Source: Candidatus Hydrogenedentota bacterium
GTDB taxonomy: Bacteria > Hydrogenedentota > Hydrogenedentia > Hydrogenedentales > SLHB01
Length of the DNA: 64,000 nt
Assembly (NCBI GenBank): GCA_963668025.2
Contig: CAXXTH010000009.1
Location: 1 to 64,000, forward strand
Direction of reading: 5' to 3'
Of this stretch, positions 1 through 9,505 are shown piece after piece. The first letter of the stretch is position 1; every line of letters begins with the position of its first letter. Position numbers and translations under genes: made by a program. The notes beneath the pieces were generated by a model. The model saw nothing but the letters and a program-made list of their open reading frames with translations, did not search any database and was not told the origin of the DNA.

Positions 1-333
1 TGAAATCCTGTGCGTTGATCCTGTATTCTTTGCGGCTTCGCGGCGTGAAATATGCCATTCGAAGGACACTCATCCTACTTATACTCACGCAAAGCCGCCA
101 AGAACGCAAAGGTAAACGCGAATAAACAGCGCTATGCAGTTCCACTGGGTGGTACGCCAGGAAATCACTCAGACGTCTCGGCAGGCGCATACTGCGTTTC
201 GAGCTGCACAAGCGCATCGAGAAACTCCTGGTCAGTGGGCCAGAGGTATATAGATCCGCATTTACAGACAAACAATAATCGTGGCGATAGCTGGAAAGCA
301 CGCGCTCAGGGGAATACTTCACTAACTTGTTTT
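1..333 (-). repeat. ~330-bp dispersed repeat (inverted homolog at ~26470-26790) containing a short ORF-like remnant and a CGCAAAG inverted-repeat module
   Basis: The reverse complement of 1-333 aligns with 26470-26790, e.g. TTTCTCGATGCGCTTGTGCAGCTCGAAACGCAGTATGCGCCTGCCGAGACGTCTGA in both. Confidence 0.85.
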
Positions 334-347
334 TAGGTCGCACTAAG

Positions 348-467
348 GAGTCGCGTCAAAATAACTTACCGATTTTCTCCCACCACTCGGAAAGGAAGCG
401 GTAATTCCTATCGCCATGAAAATTGCGTTGAATGCGAAAAAATAGTCAAGTTATTTTGACGCGCCTC
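348..467. mobile_element. 120-bp MITE-like element with 20-bp terminal inverted repeats
   Basis: GAGTCGCGTCAAAATAACTT (348-367) vs AAGTTATTTTGACGCGCCTC (448-467), 19/20 complementary; non-coding interior. Confidence 0.7.
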
Positions 468-470
468 GTA

Positions 471-1136
471 AAAAACCACGCCCAGAGGACGTGGCTTTGC
501 TTTGGCCACTCAGAGAGTGGCTGAGTGCTTGCACCCAAAGGATGCAAGCGTGGGTTGTGTTCCGCAACACCGCTTGGTTCAGTACTTCAATTTTAGCTGT
601 TCATCGTGACGTTCCGCTTCTTCCTGGAACTTCACGTACTTGCGGATCATTTCTTCGTTAAGCCCCACGGTATCCACGCAATATCCAGGTGCCCAGAAAT
701 GATTGCCCCAATAGGGCTTCTTTTTCAAATGCGGAAACTGCTTGAATATCCGGATCGCCGTACGCCCCTTCAAAATGCCCGCCAGATCCGATATCGACAC
801 CTTTGGCGGAACCATCACAAGCAAATGCACGTGCTCGGGCTGTACATTCAATTCGAGCACCTCGCATCCTTGCTGCCCACAGAACATTTGGATACAGGTG
901 TAGACCTCCTTGCCCACCGGTCCCGTCAAAACCCGGTAGCGGTATTTGGGCACCCATACCATGTGATATTGGCAATACCATATCGCATGTGATAATTTGC
1001 GGAAACGACTCATTGGCATCTCCTTCCTCGGTGTTGCGGAACAACACGAGTGTAGGGGATGCCGATGGGCTCAAACAGGCTGAGCCAAAGGCCCTATGAC
1101 CACGTCCAAAGGACGTGGGTTTCTAGGTCGCACTAA
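471..1136 (-). mobile_element. IS200-type element (tnpA only); boundaries approximate
   Basis: Subterminal hairpins CCACGCCCAGAGGACGTGG (476-494) and CCACGTCCAAAGGACGTGG (1100-1118) flank a Y1 transposase; no tnpB. Confidence 0.85.
579..1019 (-). CDS. tnpA: IS200/IS605 family Y1 (HUH) transposase
   Basis: YHMVWVPKYR, HUH motif EHVHLL, HFWAPGY, catalytic Tyr in IRKYVKFQ. Confidence 0.95.
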   Translation of the reverse strand: MPMSRFRKLSHAIWYCQYHMVWVPKYRYRVLTGPVGKEVYTCIQMFCGQQGCEVLELNVQPEHVHLLVMVPPKVSISDLAGILKGRTAIRIFKQFPHLKKKPYWGNHFWAPGYCVDTVGLNEEMIRKYVKFQEEAERHDEQLKLKY

Positions 1137-1305
1137 AGACATCATCCAAATGTCTTCCCTGCGCCAGCAATGACATCATTTGTAGTGCTTCCAGTATATT
1201 GCTCTTCCCGGAAGCATTGGCTCCTACCAGAAGGGTCAAAGGTCGAAGCAGAAGCTTCGCCTTTTGGTAACTCTTAAAATTTTTGACTCCAAAAGAATTA
1301 AGCAT
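1123..1305 (-). pseudogene. N-terminal fragment of an AAA/ABC-type ATPase (AAA_15/AAA_21-like), truncated at the IS200 end
   Basis: VKNFKSY...LTLLVGANASGKSNILEAL Walker A; stop codon lies in the IS end; low GC. Confidence 0.8.
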
Positions 1306-1569
1306 GCCGCATTTCCCACTGTTGCCGGTTGTTACATTATCAGTCATTATACATTAACATTCTTGAAACCAGCATATACAAACAATTCTGGATGGGTTGC
1401 CACATATCAGCATGGAAGATTCATTGCTTCTTTTTGATTTAATGCAGCCCTGCTAGGGAGCGCCATTTTTTTGATTTGGGCTTGAGGGCGGGCAGAGCAT
1501 ACAATAGCAGGCCGCGCCTGGGAGATGCTGGCGCGGCATCAGATATGGAATCATAAGGATCAGTATGGC

Positions 1570-3444
1570 ATGCCGGATATGGAAGTCATCGTGGTGGGAG
1601 GCGGGCACGCGGGCGTAGAGGCGGCGCTGTCGTGTGCGCGCATGGGCCGCCGGACGATGCTCGTGACCAGCCAGCTCGACAATATCGCCAAGATGTCGTG
1701 CAATCCCGCCATTGGCGGCATCGCGAAGGGCCAGCTCGTGCGTGAAATCGACGCCCTCGGCGGCGAGATGGGCCGCTGCACGGACCGCACGGGCATCCAA
1801 TTCAAGATGCTAAACCGCTCGAAGGGGCCCGCCGTCCATTCGCCCCGCGCCCAGGCCGACCGCGTGGCGTATCAATACGACATGAAGCGCGTGTGCGAGG
1901 AACAGGAAAATCTGGTACTCAAACAAGCGCTGATAGAAGATATTCTCGTGCGCGATGGCGAAGTAGCGGGTGTCGTTACGGCGCTAGGCGCGGAGATCAC
2001 CGCGCGGGCGGTGATCGTCTGTACAGGCACGTTTCTCGGCGGGCGGCTGCACTTCGGGATGGTGGACACGCCCGGCGGGCGCGCGGGCGACATGCCCGCC
2101 TTGGCCTTGAGCGATTCATACCGCCGCCTGGGCTTCACCGTGGGCCGCCTGAAGACGGGCACCTGCGCCCGCATCCACGCCCGCAGCATTGACTACAGCG
2201 CCTTGACGCCCCAGCCGGGCGATAACGAGCCGCGCCCCTTCTCGTTCTCGACGCCCATCGAAGGTTTCCATCCCAACAAGGTGCTCTGCTGGCTCACCAA
2301 TACCAGTGAGCGCACGCACGACATCATCCGCGCGAATCTGGACCGCTCGCCCATGTTCACTGGACGCATCGAGGGCACGGGGACACGGTATTGCCCGAGT
2401 ATCGAGGACAAGGTGTTCCGGTTCGCGGACAAGGACTCGCATCGCATCTTTCTCGAGCCGGAAGGGCTGCATACGGCGGAAGTGTATGTCAATGGCCTGA
2501 GCACGAGCCTGCCGGAGGATGTGCAGCTCGCCATGCTGCATACGATCCCCGGACTCGAAGAAGCGGAAATGCTCCGTCCAGGATATGCCGTCGAATACGA
2601 TTACATCCAGCCTACGGAGCTGAAGCCCACCTTCGAGACGAAGGCCGTGCGCGGGCTGTATCACGCGGGGCAGATCAATGGCACCTCGGGTTACGAGGAA
2701 GCGGCGGCCCAGGGGCTTTTCGCGGCCTTGAATGTGTTGCGCCAGCTTGACGGCTCGCCGCCGCTCTACATTGGCCGCCATGAAGCCTATTTAGGCGTGC
2801 TGGTGGATGACCTCGTGACGCGGGGCGTCACGGAGCCTTACCGCCTCTTTACCTCGCGCGCCGAATACCGCCTGCTGCTGCGCCATGACAACGCGGATGA
2901 ACGCCTGGCGGTGTATGGTATCGCGGGCGAAGCGTACATTGAACGAGTGCGACAGAAGATGGACCGCGTGCATGCCGAGATGCGGCGGCTCGAATCGGAA
3001 CGGGTGAATCCATCCGGGGAGATCAACGCATTTCTGGAATCGCGCGGTGGCGCGGCTTTGCAGGAGCCCCAAACGGCAGCTCAAATCTTGCGGCGTCCGG
3101 AAATCACCCTTGGGGATGTCCACCGCCTGTGCCCGCCGCTCGAACCACTTGGTTTCGAGACCACCGAGCAGGTGGAGATCCGCACGAAATACATGGGGTA
3201 TTTCGAGCGGCAGCAACGGGATATCGAGAAGTTCATGGCCTCCGAAGAACTGGCCATGCCCGAAGGCCTTGATTACCGCGCTATCCCTGGATTGCCCCGC
3301 GAGAGCCAGGACAAGCTCGAGCGCGTCCGGCCCGTAAACTTGGGCCAAGCGGCGCGCATCTCGGGCGTGCGCCCTTCCGACATCGCGGCGCTGCATATCT
3401 ACCTGTCCAAACAAATGCGCCAAGCCGAATTGGCTGGCCATTGA
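1570..3444 (+). CDS. mnmG: tRNA uridine-5-carboxymethylaminomethyl(34) synthesis enzyme MnmG (GidA)
   Basis: [53 protein letters not shown]. Confidence 0.98.
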   Translation: MPDMEVIVVGGGHAGVEAALSCARMGRRTMLVTSQLDNIAKMSCNPAIGGIAKGQLVREIDALGGEMGRCTDRTGIQFKMLNRSKGPAVHSPRAQADRVAYQYDMKRVCEEQENLVLKQALIEDILVRDGEVAGVVTALGAEITARAVIVCTGTFLGGRLHFGMVDTPGGRAGDMPALALSDSYRRLGFTVGRLKTGTCARIHARSIDYSALTPQPGDNEPRPFSFSTPIEGFHPNKVLCWLTNTSERTHDIIRANLDRSPMFTGRIEGTGTRYCPSIEDKVFRFADKDSHRIFLEPEGLHTAEVYVNGLSTSLPEDVQLAMLHTIPGLEEAEMLRPGYAVEYDYIQPTELKPTFETKAVRGLYHAGQINGTSGYEEAAAQGLFAALNVLRQLDGSPPLYIGRHEAYLGVLVDDLVTRGVTEPYRLFTSRAEYRLLLRHDNADERLAVYGIAGEAYIERVRQKMDRVHAEMRRLESERVNPSGEINAFLESRGGAALQEPQTAAQILRRPEITLGDVHRLCPPLEPLGFETTEQVEIRTKYMGYFERQQRDIEKFMASEELAMPEGLDYRAIPGLPRESQDKLERVRPVNLGQAARISGVRPSDIAALHIYLSKQMRQAELAGH

Positions 3445-3451
3445 AATGCTT

Positions 3452-3472
3452 GTAGGGTGGGGCTTGCCCCAC
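3452..3472 (+). repeat. GTAG-type REP, family A (GTAGGGTGGGGCTTGCCCCAC)
   Basis: GTAG plus palindrome; other copies near 22405, 44654, 44695, 44843, 45762. Confidence 0.85.
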
Positions 3473-3506
3473 TACTCAAGGCCGGATAACAAGGAAAACA
3501 TACGAC

Positions 3507-4220
3507 ATGAAACCCACGGCGGGGCCATCCCGTGAAAATGTGCATGAGATGTTCGACCGCATCGCTGGCCGGTACGACATGCTCAACCGGTTATTCTCGA
3601 TGCGGATTGATGTCTTGTGGCGAAATAAACTTGCCAAACGGGTGCCGTGCCGCGAGGGACTGCGCGTGCTCGATTTGGCCACGGGCACGGCGGACGTGCT
3701 GGCTACCTTCGCGCGCATGAGGCTGCCCGTTACACTGGGCGTGGGCGTGGATATGTCGCGCGGCATGCTCGAGCTAGGCCGTACAAAACTTGTAAAGCTA
3801 GGATTAGAAAAGAACTATGCGCTTGTGCGCGGCGATGGCATGCAGCTTCCATTGCCTGATGGCACATTCGACGCCGTGTCCATATCTTTTGGCATACGAA
3901 ACTTCATTGATGTTCCCCAAGGCCTGCGCGAGATGCGCCGTGTCTTGCGGCCTGGCGGGCGCGTCCTGATTCTCGAGTTTTCGCTGCCGAAGCATGAGCC
4001 TATCCGCGCGCTGTATCTGTTTTATTTGCGCCATGTGCTGCCCGCGATTGGCTCGCTGGCTTCCTGTGAACCTGCCGCCTACCGCTATCTCAACCAGACG
4101 ATTGAGATCTTCCCGCATGGCCGGGCTTTTTGCTCCCTCATGGAAGAAGCGGGATTCCAGCAGGTATCGGCGCGCCCACTGACGTTTGGCATCGCTACAC
4201 TTTATGAGGGAGAGCGGTAA
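3507..4220 (+). CDS. ubiE: UbiE/MenG ubiquinone/menaquinone C-methyltransferase
   Basis: MFDRIAGRYDMLN, VLDLATGTAD, SFGIRN, EMRRVLRPGG, AYRYL. Confidence 0.9.
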   Translation: MKPTAGPSRENVHEMFDRIAGRYDMLNRLFSMRIDVLWRNKLAKRVPCREGLRVLDLATGTADVLATFARMRLPVTLGVGVDMSRGMLELGRTKLVKLGLEKNYALVRGDGMQLPLPDGTFDAVSISFGIRNFIDVPQGLREMRRVLRPGGRVLILEFSLPKHEPIRALYLFYLRHVLPAIGSLASCEPAAYRYLNQTIEIFPHGRAFCSLMEEAGFQQVSARPLTFGIATLYEGER

Positions 4221-5032
4221 TGCCTGGAAACGCCTCCCAACAGAAGCCCAAGCTGGGCCTATTCGCCTGGTTTGGCATCCATATGCCCTTTGCGGAACGC
4301 ATGCGCCTCATTCGTGCGGCGGGATTCGATGCCACTGCCCTTTGGTGGGAAGTCGAGGAAGAGCCGCGCCGGACGCTGGTGCATGGAATGCCGGGCTATG
4401 CCCGCGATGCGGGGCTATATGTGGACAACGCCCACGTGCCTTATTCCTGTTGCAATGGTTTCTGGAGTCCCGACGCCGCTGTGCGCCGGGAAACCGTGGA
4501 CCGGCATATCGCATGGTTGCATGACATCGCCGCCCATGATATTCCGGCCATGGTCATGCATCTAACCCGTGGGACCGAAATGCCCTTGCCTACAGGGGAG
4601 GCCATCGAGGAATTGAATCGCCTCGTCCTGGCGGCGGAAGAAGCGCGCATTACGCTGGCCATCGAGAACACCCGAAGCCCCGCCCATCTCGATGCCGTTT
4701 TCGAAGCGTTTGATTCGCCGCATGTGGCCTTTTGTTACGATACCGGCCATGACCGCTTGTATGGTGTTCCATCCCTCGAACTACTTCGACGCTGGGGCCA
4801 CCGCCTCGCCCATCTACACATCGCGGATACGGATGGCGTCCTCGACCGCCATTGGCTTCCCGGGAAAGGCGTCATTGAATGGGACGCCCTGGCTGCCGCC
4901 TACCCTTGGCGGAAGTATGAAGGCGTATTTCTGCTGGAGGCCGTTCCCCAAGAGAAGACCCAGCCGCCGGAGGCCTTTTTGGCCGAAGCGTACGCTACCA
5001 TCCAAAAGATACGGGAGCGGTTCGTTTCATGA
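4220..5032 (+). CDS. Sugar phosphate isomerase/epimerase (xylose-isomerase-like TIM barrel)
   Basis: LAIEN, CYDTGH, HLHIAD, DRHWLPGKG metal-binding motifs. Confidence 0.85.
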   Translation: MPGNASQQKPKLGLFAWFGIHMPFAERMRLIRAAGFDATALWWEVEEEPRRTLVHGMPGYARDAGLYVDNAHVPYSCCNGFWSPDAAVRRETVDRHIAWLHDIAAHDIPAMVMHLTRGTEMPLPTGEAIEELNRLVLAAEEARITLAIENTRSPAHLDAVFEAFDSPHVAFCYDTGHDRLYGVPSLELLRRWGHRLAHLHIADTDGVLDRHWLPGKGVIEWDALAAAYPWRKYEGVFLLEAVPQEKTQPPEAFLAEAYATIQKIRERFVS

Positions 5033-5109
5033 ACCAATGAACCACAGCATCCGTGAAAACGGCTGGCCCTTCTGGTATCATTCATCCGAATCAACCAACC
5101 GGTGACGAT

Positions 5110-6135
5110 ATGGCCCTTTTCCGTTCCATTGAAATATGTGCAGGCGCTGGCGGCCAAGCAATTGGACTTGAAAGCGCGGGATTCAAACATGCGGCGCTGA
5201 TTGAAATCGACAAAGCCGCGTGTGAAACGTTACGCCTAAACCGGCCAGCATGGAACGTTATTGAGGGCGATGTGCGCCAGTTTTCAGGCGCACCTTTCAT
5301 GGGTGTCGAATTACTGGCCGGCGGAGTGCCGTGCCCGCCATTCTCGATAGCCGGCAAGCAGCTAGGTGCGGAGGACGAGCGGGATCTATTCCCGGAGATG
5401 ATCCGTTTAGCGCAAGAAATCGAACCTCAGGCAATATTAGTGGAAAACGTACGCGGCTTGCTTGGCTCCAGATTTGATGGCTACCGAAACCATATATTAC
5501 AAACCTTATGGCGCATGGGCTATATGGGGGAATGGCGGCTCGTGGATGCTTGTAATTTCGGCGTCCCCCAAACGCGCGCCCGTGCGGTTCTAGCCGCCAT
5601 GCGAAGGGAATCGTGGCCGTTTTTCCAATGGCCTGCTGCTGCGAAATGTGCGCCAAGCACCGTGGGTGAAGTGTTGTATGGGGAAATGGCGCAGCGGGGC
5701 TGGCGCGGCGCCCAAGCATGGCGCGAGCAAGCCAGCCGGATTGCCCCGACACTAGTGGGTGGTTCGCGAAAGCATGGCGGGCCTGATCTGGGACCTACGC
5801 GTGCACGGCAAGCATGGGCGCATTTAGGCGTTGATGGGCTCGGGGTAGCAGATGAACCGCCAGGGCCTGATTTTAGTGGGATGCCTCGATTGACGGTTCA
5901 AATGGCGGCGCTCTTGCAGGGATTCCCAAAAGACTGGAGGTTTTATGGAGGTAAAACAGCCGCTTACCGGCAAGTAGGAAATGCATTCCCCCCTCCTGTA
6001 GCGGAAGCCATTGGGCGCGCATTGCACAAGGCGGTAAACAGGAATAAACAGCATGCAAAAAAAGCCAGCAAAAAAGAAAGGCTCCCGGACGCTCCTACGC
6101 GAGTTCTTCCACAAGCACGTGGGGGAGATTGTTGA
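5110..6135 (+). CDS. DNA (cytosine-5) methyltransferase, M.NgoMIV/M.NaeI-like
   Basis: CAGAGG, GGVPCPPFS, ENVRG, target-recognition segment PTLVGGSRKHGGPDLGPTRA, YRQVGNA. Confidence 0.93.
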   Translation: MALFRSIEICAGAGGQAIGLESAGFKHAALIEIDKAACETLRLNRPAWNVIEGDVRQFSGAPFMGVELLAGGVPCPPFSIAGKQLGAEDERDLFPEMIRLAQEIEPQAILVENVRGLLGSRFDGYRNHILQTLWRMGYMGEWRLVDACNFGVPQTRARAVLAAMRRESWPFFQWPAAAKCAPSTVGEVLYGEMAQRGWRGAQAWREQASRIAPTLVGGSRKHGGPDLGPTRARQAWAHLGVDGLGVADEPPGPDFSGMPRLTVQMAALLQGFPKDWRFYGGKTAAYRQVGNAFPPPVAEAIGRALHKAVNRNKQHAKKASKKERLPDAPTRVLPQARGGDC

Positions 6136-6646
6136 CTCTGATACATTGAGGGAGGTAGCGGGAACTAGCGAATGGGGCCGCCGGGTGCGTGAATTGCGCA
6201 ATGAAGAGGGCATGAATATTGTCACGCACAATGACCGGAGTGAACTGAAACCGGGCCAGTATTTGCTGGTGGATTTGAAGCCCATACCATCTTTCGCACG
6301 TAGTATTTCGAAGGAAGTCCGTGCATATGTGCTTGATAGGAATGGTTTTACCTGCCAGATGTGCGGCGCGGTGGCTGGTGAGCCCCACCCTTATGATCCT
6401 TCCCGGAAAACGCGCTTGCATATCGGCCATATCATCGATAAATCAGAAGGCGGAACGGATGACATAAGCAATCTTCGCGCTATTTGCTCTGTTTGCAATG
6501 AAGGCGCATCGAATATCACCTTGGACAGGCCAAGCGCACATAAATTGCTGGTCCAAATCCGCCGGGCTCCCATCAAAGAACAGTTGCAAGTATTGGAATG
6601 GCTCATTCGAAAATTCCCTGAACAATCCAAAGAATGGAGCATGTAA
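6053..6646 (+). CDS. HNH endonuclease, putative Type II restriction enzyme (KpnI-like layout)
   Basis: WGRRVRELR N-domain; VLDRNGFTCQMCG...LHIGHII...GG...NLRAICSVCN; overlaps the MTase gene. Confidence 0.85.
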   Translation: MQKKPAKKKGSRTLLREFFHKHVGEIVDSDTLREVAGTSEWGRRVRELRNEEGMNIVTHNDRSELKPGQYLLVDLKPIPSFARSISKEVRAYVLDRNGFTCQMCGAVAGEPHPYDPSRKTRLHIGHIIDKSEGGTDDISNLRAICSVCNEGASNITLDRPSAHKLLVQIRRAPIKEQLQVLEWLIRKFPEQSKEWSM

Positions 6647-6679
6647 CAGACTGCTATCGAGCTGTATGGAGTTCATTCT

Positions 6680-7108
6680 TTGGCGGATGTTTTTTCACCA
6701 GAAAAACGCAGCGAGGTAATGTCGAGAATCCGCTCGACAGGTACAAAGCCAGAAGAACGGATGCATGCCCTGCTGCGGGAATCGCTTGGCGGCCGAAAAC
6801 AGATTCGACGCCATGACCCCCAGCTTCCGGGGAAACCCGATTTTGTCATTCCTTCACTCAAACTCATCATTTTTGTGGACGGCTGTTTTTATCATGGGTG
6901 TCCGAGCCATGGGCATGTTCCCAAGAGCAATACAGCTTATTGGAAAACAAAGATTGAACGAAACACCCGCCGTGATGCGGCTAATCGAAGGAAACTGCGC
7001 GCCATGGGGTATGCTGTTTGGCGTTTCTGGGAGCATGAACTGGAAAATAGAAACTTGCCGAGAGCTCGCCGCCGTTTGGCGTTGTGCGTGGCGAGGCGAA
7101 TAAAATGA
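6680..7108 (+). CDS. vsr: Very short patch repair endonuclease
   Basis: DVFSPEKRSEVMSRIRS, GKPDF, FVDGCFYHGC, YWKTKIERN, FWEHE. Confidence 0.95.
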   Translation: MADVFSPEKRSEVMSRIRSTGTKPEERMHALLRESLGGRKQIRRHDPQLPGKPDFVIPSLKLIIFVDGCFYHGCPSHGHVPKSNTAYWKTKIERNTRRDAANRRKLRAMGYAVWRFWEHELENRNLPRARRRLALCVARRIK

Positions 7109-7262
7109 AAACAGGAGTGTCAACCGGACGGGTGTTTTTTACGTTCACCGTCAAGGTATATTTTGCAATGGGTTGACACGGGAATATGTGGATGCGAGTA
7201 TATGCGGCGGTTTTATGTGCAGAATCGGCGGAAGCATATGAGCGAACACGGGATAGGGAAGC

Positions 7263-8051
7263 ATGAGAGCCATTATTGCATTGATTGTAGCGGTTGCCTT
7301 CGGGGCGGTATTAGGCGCATTGATTATTCGGGCGCAGATGAATCCTAAATTGGTTGAAATCACCAGCCAGCATGCCCAATTGGAGCAAGAGAAAAATCGC
7401 TTGACGGAAGAGCTGTCTTTTGCTTCGGAACGCATGCAGTGGGTGGAAAAAGAGAACGCATCGCTGCGCGGCCAGATCCAGGCCCTTTCCACTGGGCAGA
7501 TGGCCCCATCGGGAAATCCTGAGGAGCAAATTCCCAACGATTCCGCAGCTCCCGAGGACAGCTCCGCGGGCGGTTCCGCGTCTGCCTATATACCGCCCGA
7601 TCCCTCGGAAACGGAGAAACCTCTTTCTCCACAAGACCAGAAACTGGCCACTGCGGAACAACAAATGGCATATGCGGAGCGCCAGTTGCTGGATAGTGTG
7701 CTGGTTGATGACATGGAAGCCAGCACGGATCCTGCTGAAAAAGCCCGGCTCCAGAATGTCATGGACCATCGGAAACTGGTGCGCGATTTATACCGCGATC
7801 TGCGCGACGCCGCCACGCCGGAAGAACGTCAAACGGTGCTCGACACCATTTTGAAAGCCCGCTCCAATCTCAAGGAGCTGGTGAAGAACCAGCAAGACGA
7901 GATGATGCGCCAAGCCATCGAGTCGGCGGACGAATCGACCGAAGAAGGTAAAAGGGCTCTCATAGACCACCTTCAGGAGATCCAAAAGAGCCCTTATTTC
8001 ACCGATCCGCTGTTTGTTTGGGGCATGGCCGCGCCGGATGCCGCCGAATAG
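7263..8051 (+). CDS. Hypothetical protein: N-terminal membrane anchor plus coiled coil
   Basis: Hydrophobic N-terminus, heptad-like segment, low-complexity linker, helical C-domain. Confidence 0.7.
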   Translation: MRAIIALIVAVAFGAVLGALIIRAQMNPKLVEITSQHAQLEQEKNRLTEELSFASERMQWVEKENASLRGQIQALSTGQMAPSGNPEEQIPNDSAAPEDSSAGGSASAYIPPDPSETEKPLSPQDQKLATAEQQMAYAERQLLDSVLVDDMEASTDPAEKARLQNVMDHRKLVRDLYRDLRDAATPEERQTVLDTILKARSNLKELVKNQQDEMMRQAIESADESTEEGKRALIDHLQEIQKSPYFTDPLFVWGMAAPDAAE

Positions 8052-8056
8052 CGGCG

Positions 8057-9331
8057 TTACACAAAGCGGTGCATCACCGCGCCCGACGGCAGCTTCGGGA
8101 AAAAGTAGGTGGCCTTCTCGGGCATGAACACACGGGCTTCCGCGCACGCTTTCACTTGCTGGGCTGGGATAGCCTTTAGCAGGAAAGCCATGCGCTTTTC
8201 ACCCGCAGCCACGCGCGCCAGCGCCTTGCGATAGTTGGGCTCGTAGGCCAGTTCGGTTCCTTCTTTAAGCCCCAGCACGCCCTCGAAAATGCCCCGGTGG
8301 AGCACCGCGACATCGAGCTGCCGCCATAATGGATGGCGCTCCTCGCCCAAAAGAGCCGTGCGCTCCAATTCGCGCAGGCGCAAGATATAGCGCCCTTCAC
8401 CGGCCATTTCGAAGCCAAAGACCGTGCCTTCGCCTTCATCCACAGCGCGCAGCAAGGTGTCGTCATTCGCGCCGGGCATGGCCGATACATCAAACCAGGC
8501 GTTTAGTTTTTTCAGGAACGCGGAACAATCAAATCCCTCGGGCGGATCGAGAAGCCGGTGCGTCGGCCACACGACCAAGCCCGGATCATCCATACGCACT
8601 AAACCCATCAGGAGATAATCCCAAGGCTGTAAATTGCTGCTGTCATGTCCCGTCTGCTCCCGCATGCGGTCGCGGTGGAGCACCGCCGTGCGGAACCGGT
8701 GATGTCCGTCCGCGATATAGAGGGTCTTGCCTTCAAAGAACTCCGATATCGCCGGATCGGCGGGCATCAGCCACACACGCTGCAACGTGCCGTCCACGGT
8801 ATGCGCTTGGAAATCGGGCGGGCAACTGCCCATGTGCCCCAGAAACGAATCGAGCACCCGCTCCGGATCTTCATATAAACAGAAAACCGCGCCCAGATTC
8901 GCTTGCGTCGCGCCGGTGAGGGCGAGGCGGTCCGTCACTTTAGTATCAAACGTCCGCTCGTGGCCCAGTACGACGTTGTCTTCACCCGGCTCCGGCGCTT
9001 TTACTGCGGCGAAGAAGGCCTGGCGTGTGTGGGAGCGGCCATCGAGCCCCTTGAAGGTCTGTTCAAGAAGATAATAGTGCTCTTTGGTGTCTTTGGCCAG
9101 CACGCCAGCGGCAATCCATTCTTCGAGATGCTTTGCCGCGGCGTCATAGGGAGATTCCTGGCCTTGCGCCTGAGGCAAAATTAGATGGACCATGTTGTAT
9201 GGGCTTTGCTGGGCCAATATGCCGCGTGTCTCTTTGTCGATGACATCGAACGGTGGGGTAATAGCCTCATCCAGCGAGCTTATGCGCGCGCCCGTGTAAC
9301 GCAATCCACGAAATCCTTTAATATCCGCCAT
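8057..9331 (-). CDS. DUF1015 family protein
   Basis: IKGFRGLRY, TPPFDVI, GHERT, LYIADGHHR, MPEKATYFFPKLPSG. Confidence 0.92.
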   Translation of the reverse strand: MADIKGFRGLRYTGARISSLDEAITPPFDVIDKETRGILAQQSPYNMVHLILPQAQGQESPYDAAAKHLEEWIAAGVLAKDTKEHYYLLEQTFKGLDGRSHTRQAFFAAVKAPEPGEDNVVLGHERTFDTKVTDRLALTGATQANLGAVFCLYEDPERVLDSFLGHMGSCPPDFQAHTVDGTLQRVWLMPADPAISEFFEGKTLYIADGHHRFRTAVLHRDRMREQTGHDSSNLQPWDYLLMGLVRMDDPGLVVWPTHRLLDPPEGFDCSAFLKKLNAWFDVSAMPGANDDTLLRAVDEGEGTVFGFEMAGEGRYILRLRELERTALLGEERHPLWRQLDVAVLHRGIFEGVLGLKEGTELAYEPNYRKALARVAAGEKRMAFLLKAIPAQQVKACAEARVFMPEKATYFFPKLPSGAVMHRFV

Positions 9332-9505
9332 GGCATGAGTCCTTCCTATATTCAATGCCCAGAAGAAACAGAATGGAAATGCATGATAAAGCCCCGCGCC
9401 GCGCGGTTCAAGGCCGCATTTTTCTCCCCTTGGATTTGGCTTATCGCTTGACTCCCCGCGCCACAGATTCTAGAGTGGTGGCGGCAATCATGGGGTAACG
9501 GCGAT

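Noticed and set aside
471-578. TnpB omega-RNA at the IS right end
   Set aside because: No tnpB or iscB remnant; only ~100 nt lie between the tnpA stop and the end
334-1136. 13-bp target-site duplication of the IS200 element
   Set aside because: Y1 transposases make no TSD, and the match extends into the apparent IS tip
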